IMG/VR virus record: IMGVR_UViG_3300034062_000589
DNA from: an uncultured virus (IMG/VR IMGVR_UViG_3300034062_000589)
Lineage: Duplodnaviria > Heunggongvirae > Uroviricota > Caudoviricetes
DNA length: 64,000 bases
Reading direction: 5' to 3' (one strand)
This document shows, one piece after another, positions 27,678 through 35,700 of this stretch; within the stretch, counting starts at the first letter, position 1; each line of letters opens with the position of its first letter. A program made the position numbers and the translations under genes. Under the pieces are notes generated by a model, which did not search any database, was not told the DNA's origin, and was given only the letters and a program-made list of their open reading frames with translations.

Positions 27678-27701
27678 CAATGTCAAAAGTTAGTGTATAG
27701 T
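27674..27701 (+). promoter_or_regulatory. Sigma70 promoter with a palindromic -35 region
   Basis: TTGACA-16 bp-TATAGT; TTGACAATGTCAA is a 13-bp palindrome. Confidence 0.65.
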
Positions 27702-27705
27702 TCAG

Positions 27706-27970
27706 TTGTGCGTGGTAGCACGCATGACCATTGTTGGACGTGAAAACGTAAAGCGGACTAACCCAGAACCGGAAAGCCAAAGAACACGCGGTCGCTTTGG
27801 TAGGAAGACGGGGAAATAGCAGTGGTCAGTCGTGCTAGTGCGCAAGTGCTGGTGGTAGTGGGAGTGATGTTGGAGAACGACGACCCAAGCTGTGGGTGGG
27901 GCTAATAACTACAGCAGCGGGGGCTGGGCAATCCTTTCGTAGTACCGTCTCACTGCTCAGTGACCCCGCA
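27706..27970 (+). ncRNA. Candidate structured leader/ncRNA
   Basis: Unusually long gap in a tightly packed arm; hairpins TGCGTG-GTAG-CACGCA, ACGT-GAAA-ACGT and GCGGGG..TGGGCA/TGCTCA..CCCCGC. Confidence 0.35.
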
Positions 27971-27991
27971 ATCTTATTGAAGGAGCTAAGT

Positions 27992-28393
27992 ATGGATGTA
28001 AAAGATTATCCCGCCGATCAGTTGGCGGACATATACATAAAAATACGCGATAGAAGAGACGCACTGAAGCGAGAGTTTGAAGAAGCGCATAGCAAGTTGG
28101 AATATCAACTTGAACTGATAAGCGCAGAGATGCTGGAGTTGTGTAAGGAGAACAATGCTGATAGCATCAAGACCCCCGCCGGAACCATAATGCGTAGAGT
28201 CGATACCCGGTTTTGGACTAGCGACTGGGAATCTATGTACGAGTTTGTTAAGCAGCATGATGCGTATGCTTTATTCGAGAAGCGTATTCACCAAGGCAAC
28301 ATGAAGCAGTACCTCGAAGAAAACCCAGACCTGCTGCCCAAAGGTCTTATGTCAGATAGCAAATATAAAATTACTGTAAGGAGAAGCAAATGA
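27992..28393 (+). CDS. Conserved replication-module coiled-coil protein
   Basis: AAGGAG RBS; YIKIRD...SIKTPAGT...DWE...EKRIHQ. Confidence 0.8.
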   Translation: MDVKDYPADQLADIYIKIRDRRDALKREFEEAHSKLEYQLELISAEMLELCKENNADSIKTPAGTIMRRVDTRFWTSDWESMYEFVKQHDAYALFEKRIHQGNMKQYLEENPDLLPKGLMSDSKYKITVRRSK

Positions 28394-29310
28394 GCAACGA
28401 AGTTTCTATTTTTAAATCTGGTGATGTAGCACTCTCAGCAAAGAAAACCCCATCGGCACTGACACAGTCGCTGATGAAGAAGAAAGCGCTAAAGCGTATC
28501 GTTGCTAAGAACGGTATCCTGCGCCGACTGGCTAACGGTGATGAAGTAGGTAAGTTGAAGGCACCCTTGCGTGTTGTCATTGTCAACGCATCGACAGAAA
28601 TCTCCCGCACTTTCTACGCTAAGACCTACGACCCAAACGCAGAAGCTGCGCCGCCTGACTGCTGGTCACCTGACGGTCGCAAGCCAGATGCAAGTGTGAA
28701 GCAACCGCAAGGTAAAACATGCGAGAACTGCCCTAAGAACATCGCGGGTTCGGGTCAAGGCAATACCAAGGCATGCCGCTATGGCCGTCGTGTTGCATTA
28801 GTACTGCCGGATGATCTGGATACCAACGTGGCAGGTGACGTGTACCAGATGCAGTTGTCGGCTAAGTCTATCTTTGGCAAAGGCAGTGGGCACACTTTCC
28901 CGTTCAACGCGTACATGGACTACATCTTTGCCAACGGCAGCGACCTTGAGTCTGTGGTTACTGAGATTAGCTTTAACGAGGACAACGACAACCAGACCGT
29001 GCTGTTTAAAGCAGTGGACTTCGTTGCTAAGTATCCGCAGTTGGAAGCTATTGTCGCTGAAGCCGCTACCTCTGAGACTGCACAGAAAGCAGTTGTGATG
29101 TCCGTGTACCAGACCGATACGGAAGGTAAGACAAACAATGAGGAGTTTGAGCAATCGCCTGTACCAAAACCCGAGAAAGCCAAGGCAGAAGCAGTCGAAG
29201 CGGAAGAGGTGGCAGAACCTACGAAGCGCACTTCTAAACCAAAGGCCGAGGTTTCGGATACGCCTAAGAAATCTCTTGCGGATGTGGTCAGTGACTGGAG
29301 CGACGATTAA
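28390..29310 (+). CDS. Putative single-stranded DNA-binding protein
   Basis: PDCWS.DG..PD...C..CPKN..GSG....AC motif; acidic tail ending WSDD; lies between helicase and primase. Confidence 0.6.
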   Translation: MSNEVSIFKSGDVALSAKKTPSALTQSLMKKKALKRIVAKNGILRRLANGDEVGKLKAPLRVVIVNASTEISRTFYAKTYDPNAEAAPPDCWSPDGRKPDASVKQPQGKTCENCPKNIAGSGQGNTKACRYGRRVALVLPDDLDTNVAGDVYQMQLSAKSIFGKGSGHTFPFNAYMDYIFANGSDLESVVTEISFNEDNDNQTVLFKAVDFVAKYPQLEAIVAEAATSETAQKAVVMSVYQTDTEGKTNNEEFEQSPVPKPEKAKAEAVEAEEVAEPTKRTSKPKAEVSDTPKKSLADVVSDWSDD

Positions 29311-29540
29311 TGAGCTACGGATACAGCCAACGACTTGTTGACCTGAACAAACGGGCTGACAGGAAGCTGCTTGGCGTTATCTTGGGCAAGGCATGTATCG
29401 AGGCTGAGTCTTCGGTGCGTGCCATCGCTGACCATCTGGGAGTAAGCCGCACTACGGTCTACAACTGGTTTACTGGTTTATGCGACCCGCACCCAAAACA
29501 CCACGCAGCAATCAGCAAACTGCTTAAGCGTTTGAAGTAA
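29310..29540 (+). CDS. Cro/XRE-like HTH protein
   Basis: VRAIADHLGVSRTTVYNWFTG. Confidence 0.85.
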   Translation: MSYGYSQRLVDLNKRADRKLLGVILGKACIEAESSVRAIADHLGVSRTTVYNWFTGLCDPHPKHHAAISKLLKRLK

Positions 29541-29564
29541 AGAGTAGGGCACCTAGTGCTTTTT

Positions 29565-29588
29565 GGGGGGAGCGATCCCCCCTTTTTT
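29565..29588 (+). terminator. Rho-independent terminator/attenuator before the primase
   Basis: GGGGGGA-GCGA-TCCCCCC followed by TTTTTT. Confidence 0.75.
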
Positions 29589-29607
29589 ACCCTCATACAA
29601 TAATTAA

Positions 29608-32505
29608 ATGGCTAACTTCGACTTAATGAATGCTGTGCTGCCCGATCAGGGCTGGTATTGCATTGTGGGGATTAAGGACGACGTAGCGTGGCAGGAGCTT
29701 GTACAGACTAGAGAAGAGGCAGATGAGTTTATCAAGCGGTATCTGAAGGGTGGGCGCGACGTTTATTTTGGTTGCGCCAAGTTTGAAACTAACGCGAATC
29801 GTAAGCAGGAGAACGCTGCGTACTTCCGTGCCCTTTGGATGGATATTGACTGCGGCGAAGATAAAGCAAAGCCAAACCCTAAAAAGAATAACCGGATCGA
29901 AGGCTACGTAGATCAAGCCACCGGGATGCAAGCACTACGAGAGTTCTGTTCCACAATAGGACTGCCCAAACCTACAGTCGTTAACTCAGGACGTGGCTGG
30001 CATTTGTACTGGCTACTTACTGAAACTATAGATAGAGCACGCTGGCAACCACTTACTAAGCGGCTATCCAAACTTTGCAACACCCACGGACTGATTGTGG
30101 ACCCTTCCGTCTTCGAGGCGGCTCGGATACTGCGCGTACCGGGGACGTTAAACTTTAAAGACGAACAGCCTAAGCCGGTTGAGGTGCTGTCCGTTGCACC
30201 GCCTATCGAGTACGAGAAGCTCAAGGAAATTCTGGGCGTAAGTGCCGAGGACGAGCAGTACATACCCAAGCGCAGAGGCCCCCCGTCCGCCCTGACCATG
30301 GCGCTGATGAAGAACCGCACGTCGTCGTTTAAGAAGATTATGATGTTGGGTGGTGACGGTTGTCTTCAGTTGACGCACTGCTATCAGAATCAAGAGTCCA
30401 TAGATTACAGCTTGTGGCGCTCAGCTATATCAATTGCGGCGTTTTGTGAGGACTCATATACAGCGGTCCACAAGCTATCTAATAAGTACCCGCACTATGA
30501 CCCGGCGGAAGTGGACGAGAAAGCGCACAACGTGCAGTCCACGGGGGCCCCACATCACTGCGAGACGTTTGAGCGGTGGAATCCGGGTGGTTGCGATGGC
30601 TGCAAGCACAAGGGCGCATTTAAATCTCCTATCGCTTTGGGCCGGACGATAGCTACTTCTGAAGCGACAGAAGAGGGTTACCTGATTGAGCCGGAAGACG
30701 AAGAAGAGGATGAAGGCAGCGTAGCGATTGCACCTACTTACATTCCGACTTATCCATTCCCATATACGCGGGGTAAAGGTGGCGGCGTGTACCGGGAGCC
30801 GATGAAGGATGAGGAAGAAGCAAAGCTGGTTTACGAGCACGACATTTACGTAATGCAGCGCATGATCGACCCGGAAGTAGGCGAGGTAATGCGAATACGT
30901 CTGCACTTACCCAAGGACGGCGTTAAGGATTTTACAATAGCAGCAAGCGCACTGACCGGTAAGGACGAACCGAAAAAGCTGTTAGGTGCTAAGGGCGTGT
31001 TGGCTCGGGGTACGCAGATGGACGAAGTAATTAACTTTTTGCTTAGGTGTGCAAAGGAAATACAGATAACCACGAAGGCAGATATTATGAGAACACAATT
31101 TGGTTGGGCTGATGGAGACAGTAAGTTTATTCTGGGTGACCGGGAGCTTACGGCGGATAGCATTTACTACAGCCCTCCTTCAACAGCGACGAAGCATCTG
31201 GCACCGTACGTCATAGAGTCAGGCACATTAGAGAAATGGAAAGAAGTCTTTAACCTTTACACCCGCCCCGGTCTGGAGCCGAACGCGTTTGCTGCGCTGT
31301 CAGCATTTGGTGCACCACTACTTAAGTTCACCGGGCAAAAGGGCGCGATCATTAACTTGGTCTTCCGGGGTTCAGGCTCAGGTAAGTCAACAACGCTGGC
31401 TGTATGTAACAGCGTGTGGGGGCACCCAGATAACCTGATGTGTATCCCGAAGGACACAGTCAACGCCAAGATGCTAAAGCTTGGTGTGATGAATAACCTG
31501 CCGTTCACGATGGACGAGATAACGAACATGGTGGCAGAAGAGTTCTCTGATATGTCCTATGGTATGTCTCAGGGTCGATGGAAAGACCGGTCCATGGCAG
31601 CGACTAACGAACTCCGACTTAATACGACATTCTGGCAGACCATTTCTCTGTGCTCAGCCAACGCACACTTCGCGCAAAAGCTGGCTTCTTTGAAGGCTAC
31701 GCCGGACGGGGAGATGATGCGCTTGATGGAATACCAGATTGGCTACTCAGATGCTATCGACGTGGCAGAAGGTAAGCAATACTTTGACCATCAGTTGCGC
31801 GAGAACTACGGTGTGGCTGGTGGGATTTACGCACAGTGGCTTGTCGGCAACAAAGAAGAAGCAGTTCAGACCATGCGGGCTATCCAAGCCAAGATCGACA
31901 AAGAGTTGAAGCTGACTCAGCGTGAGCGGTTCTGGTCTGCGGTTGTTGCATGTAACATCACTGGTGGTTTGATTGCCCGCAATCTTGGCTTGATCGACTA
32001 CGACATGAAGGCTATTTACAAGTGGGCAACAGACCTGATTAAGGAACTGCGCAAAGAAGGCAGTGCCCCAATGGATGACGCCTCGACTGTGTTGGGTGAC
32101 TTCCTCAACCGCCACGTGGACCAGTGCTTAGTAGTTAACGGAGAAGCCGACTCCCGCACTAACTTAAGTCCTGCACCGCTACGGGAACCCCGAGGTGCGT
32201 TGGTTGCACGGTATGAGCCAGATACCAAAAAGCTATACATCCAGTCCAGCGCATTTAAAGATGACTGCGTTAAGAAGCAAATTGGGTACAGCGATGTGCT
32301 ACGCGAGATGAAACTCAAGGGTGTGTTTATTGGGCGTGTGACTCGACGCCTTGGCACCGGGATGAAGATGGTGACCGCACCCGTGTATGTGTTGGAGTTT
32401 GACTGCACCAACCCTGAGTATTTGAACGTTGAGGCTTTTGTCCCAGTGGAGAAACCTGATGCAGGTGGAGAAGGTCAGTTACCAAATCAACTGGCAAGCG
32501 TTTAA
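29608..32505 (+). CDS. Primase-helicase (AEP/RepB-like primase + Cys-rich domain + DUF927 helicase)
   Basis: LWMDIDCG, VNSGRGWHLYW, RILRVPGTLN; C..F...C..C; QFGW, Walker A GSGSGKST, MDE. Confidence 0.88.
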   Translation: MANFDLMNAVLPDQGWYCIVGIKDDVAWQELVQTREEADEFIKRYLKGGRDVYFGCAKFETNANRKQENAAYFRALWMDIDCGEDKAKPNPKKNNRIEGYVDQATGMQALREFCSTIGLPKPTVVNSGRGWHLYWLLTETIDRARWQPLTKRLSKLCNTHGLIVDPSVFEAARILRVPGTLNFKDEQPKPVEVLSVAPPIEYEKLKEILGVSAEDEQYIPKRRGPPSALTMALMKNRTSSFKKIMMLGGDGCLQLTHCYQNQESIDYSLWRSAISIAAFCEDSYTAVHKLSNKYPHYDPAEVDEKAHNVQSTGAPHHCETFERWNPGGCDGCKHKGAFKSPIALGRTIATSEATEEGYLIEPEDEEEDEGSVAIAPTYIPTYPFPYTRGKGGGVYREPMKDEEEAKLVYEHDIYVMQRMIDPEVGEVMRIRLHLPKDGVKDFTIAASALTGKDEPKKLLGAKGVLARGTQMDEVINFLLRCAKEIQITTKADIMRTQFGWADGDSKFILGDRELTADSIYYSPPSTATKHLAPYVIESGTLEKWKEVFNLYTRPGLEPNAFAALSAFGAPLLKFTGQKGAIINLVFRGSGSGKSTTLAVCNSVWGHPDNLMCIPKDTVNAKMLKLGVMNNLPFTMDEITNMVAEEFSDMSYGMSQGRWKDRSMAATNELRLNTTFWQTISLCSANAHFAQKLASLKATPDGEMMRLMEYQIGYSDAIDVAEGKQYFDHQLRENYGVAGGIYAQWLVGNKEEAVQTMRAIQAKIDKELKLTQRERFWSAVVACNITGGLIARNLGLIDYDMKAIYKWATDLIKELRKEGSAPMDDASTVLGDFLNRHVDQCLVVNGEADSRTNLSPAPLREPRGALVARYEPDTKKLYIQSSAFKDDCVKKQIGYSDVLREMKLKGVFIGRVTRRLGTGMKMVTAPVYVLEFDCTNPEYLNVEAFVPVEKPDAGGEGQLPNQLASV

Positions 32506-32653
32506 GCCGGGGGCGTCGTTCTTTATCCCGTGCCTTAATCCAACTACGGCAGTGCAGGACATTTTGCGTGTTACGAAAAGGCTTAAGTTTAAAATCGTAA
32601 CACGCGTTGTTATACAGGAGGGGGTGCAGGGGGTGCGTGTGTGGAGAGTCTAG
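32459..32653 (+). CDS. Small conserved protein, last gene of the + arm
   Basis: GGAG RBS; W..FKPGASFFIPC...GVRVWRV. Confidence 0.75.
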   Translation: MQVEKVSYQINWQAFKPGASFFIPCLNPTTAVQDILRVTKRLKFKIVTRVVIQEGVQGVRVWRV

Positions 32654-32667
32654 GCTATACTCCGCCT

Positions 32668-32739
32668 GACGGCGTCTCCTGAAGTTAGCTCCTTCCGCCG
32701 TTGCTACTCCTTCGCCCCCGCTTAGTCGGGGGCTTTTTT
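32668..32739 (+). ncRNA. Candidate anti-Shine-Dalgarno sRNA
   Basis: Preceded by GTGCGT-17 bp-TATACT; stem GACGGCG/CGCCGTT; three CTCCT motifs; ends in a terminator. Confidence 0.5.
32714..32739 (+). terminator. Rho-independent terminator at the arm convergence
   Basis: GCCCCCG-CTTAGT-CGGGGGC followed by TTTTT. Confidence 0.85.
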
Positions 32740-35700
32740 ATTCCTTGTACGGACTGCGCGGGAGTAGACGCTCTAATGCAGGACGGAGTTTTTCAGACAC
32801 TCGGATGCCGCGCACAGACATCGCACTTGCTTCAACTTCACCGTCAACGGCTTTGATGATGGTATCCATGTCCAACCCAACCATCGGGTTCATACGATTA
32901 AACTTTTTAAGCGAACGGACTGCTTCATCACGGCGCGATGGAGTAAATTTCTTGTTGAGGTCTTTAAACAAGTCCAATACGCGAGTGCGATCTGCTTGAA
33001 TTTTATCTAGCTGCTCCCGCGCCTGCGCTGCATCTTCCTGAGTAGCTGCAACTTTAACTGGTGCAAATCCCGTAGCGGCGATAGCAATTTCTTTATCGCT
33101 TAGCTTATCCCGAGGAATAATCTTGTCATCCTTGAGGTTGCGTACACCTTCTTCGTTCATGCGCATGGCAACTGCAAACCCACGCAGTCCAGCAGGTAGC
33201 AGCATCTCTACACCACGCTGTACATCACCGTCGTTTATACGGCGCATAGCTTCCGCAGTATTTATACCCAATCCCACGCTTGGGCCCAACATGTTGATGA
33301 TGAACTCTCGCAACGCTTCGGGCTCAGACTTACCGGTCTTTAACTCGCGGAACCACAACTGATCCAGCTTAACCCGGCTGTGGAAGTCAACGTCCGTTGC
33401 CCATGAGACAGGCCCACGTTCAAGGGCTAACCCTAAGTCTTCGCCAAACTCCTCACGGAGAAACTTACGGAACCGCAGCTTGGGGTTGCGCTTCTCTGGG
33501 TCTTTATCATCCTCACTTGCCAGAGACATGGCGTAGGCTATTACAGACACCAACGGAAGACCCATAGCACCTGCAAACATGCCAGTCATACCCAAGGTGC
33601 CAACAAACTTAGTAATAGCAGTACTTCGCACTCCGGGTGGTTGCGACCCAAACATAGCCTTGAAGTTCTTAACCAGATAGAACGTGGTCTGCTGCGCAAA
33701 CGATTTGAACTGCAATATGACGCGAGCTACATTACCACGGAAGAACCGAGGCTTATTGAACTCAGAGTAATCAAACATCGCCTCGTCGGTCATGCGGGAG
33801 GCGTCGTTCAGTGCTTCTTCCTGCGCGGTCTTTGCATCACGCCCAGCCTTAGTAGCACGCTCGTAGGCCAAGTCGTAGGCCGTCATGAACATGACTTCGC
33901 GGTTGATCTTTTCGCTGTGGTGGAACAGATACCCTACTGCGTTCATCACGCTCATAGTAGACCCACTGTACTGCTCAGAAGGGGTGCGTGAAAGTTGCAG
34001 CGTGTCGTAGGTCAACGTGGTGTCGATCTTACCCCTACGCAGTGCTTCCATATACGCATCACGACGGTGCCCAGTCAGTCTTGAAAGCAACGTGGGGAAC
34101 GTAAACTTACCGTCTTTATCAGTTACACCAACGGTCTTAAAAATGTTCATGTTCTTGGCAAGTGCCAAGTTTGCGCGAGGGCCGAACTCACCGTTGAGCA
34201 CAGGCATACCAAACACAAACAGACCTGACAAGTTAGTAATTGCCGACGCGGGTGCGCTCATGTAGTACACAAAGCTGGCGCTACCAAGGAAGTTAGCAAA
34301 CTTAGTTGCCGCTGCGTCTGATCGGTCTGGAGAGAGTATGTTCTCTACACGATCTTTCATTTCCTCAATCAGCGGCTTATACAGCATATCCCGTTGAGGC
34401 ATATCCTTTGTTGCGTCCCAAGCTCGTGTCACAGCACCGCGCAGTTTCTGGCCGTACTCAATCTTAGCTAACTGCACCGAGGTATGGAAACTGGACTTAG
34501 CAAAGTTGCGTAGTGCGTCCGAACGGAAACCCGCTGTGCCCTTACGATGAATAAAGTGCTTGCGGAAGTTCTGCTCTGGCAGTGTAGAAAAATACAACTG
34601 GTGTATCTCATCTTTGAGTGCTGGCTTGTCTATCATGTTGGCGTTATCCACCAACTCAAGAATGTCTTTTAACATCTTGGACGAGCGCATACCTTCATCG
34701 ACGGCTTCTTTGAAGTTGTCACCCATAGCGAAGATATTACTTTCGTCTTCTCTTAACGCTTCTACAGTGGTGCCAAGTTCTTTAGCTCGTTGACGCACAA
34801 AGAAGTTACGCTCGCGTGGGTCCTCAAACATGTAGTACTCCATGTTCGAGCTCTTTGGGTTGCCGATACGCACCCAGTACTTACCTTCACGAACCAACGG
34901 GAAGTATGGCTGTGGCAGATTCTCAAAGTCTTTTTCCAGCTTAGCAATGATCTGCGCTTTGGTAGTCTCGTCTGCTTCTGTCTGTGATATACGGTCAAGT
35001 AGAATCTGCTTGTACTTATCAAACCGTGCTTTATAAAAGTCGCGGATGTCGTTGTACAGTTTCTTACCATCAGCGCCCAACGCCTCGTACATCTGCGTGA
35101 GTGTGGCCGACCGTGTATCGACCGAAGGGTCAAGCTGGTTGATGGTAGACAAGTGGATAAGGCGGTTCAAAGTGCGGTACTTACCCGGATTAGCGCGTTG
35201 CCACTCATGCCACACTTTAGCCATGGCAGCGGTCTCGTCCAACATCTTAGACTTAGCACCGTTCATGTCTTCTGCGATGCGCAGCACGTTGTCCAACGTA
35301 GGTTTGCCGTCACCACCAATCATCTGCTTAGCGGCGTTAAGTTCAGTAATCTGGCGTGTGGTCAGTGACCCTAGTAACGGGCGGCGGAACTGAGACTCAG
35401 TGCCGTTGTATATATCAGACACCACATCCTTGGCATCATCCCAGCTACGCACTTTGAGGATTTGCCCAATAATCGTAAGCTGCTCTTCCGGACCCGCTTG
35501 CGGTTGCCTTAACTTTGCGTCAAAGTCTTCGACCTTCTTGCCGTTGTTCTTTACAGCAGCCAGCGTGTCTGGTGTAGTGGCAATCAAGCTCGCGTCACGT
35601 GGCAGGCGCTCACTTAGGAGTGCATCAGTAGTTACCACTAAGTCTTGGAATGCGGACTGGGAGTTAGCGTCAAACCCAAACAGCTTGCGGATAGCCTCGA

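Noticed and set aside
27700..27975. tRNA or tmRNA in the long intergenic gap
   Set aside because: No T-arm GTTCRA, cloverleaf or CCA end recognised
27896..27991. ORF-track N-terminal extensions (also 14662, 16214, 10886, 59430, 60887)
   Set aside because: Strong RBSs and gene coupling point to the downstream ATGs used in the feature list
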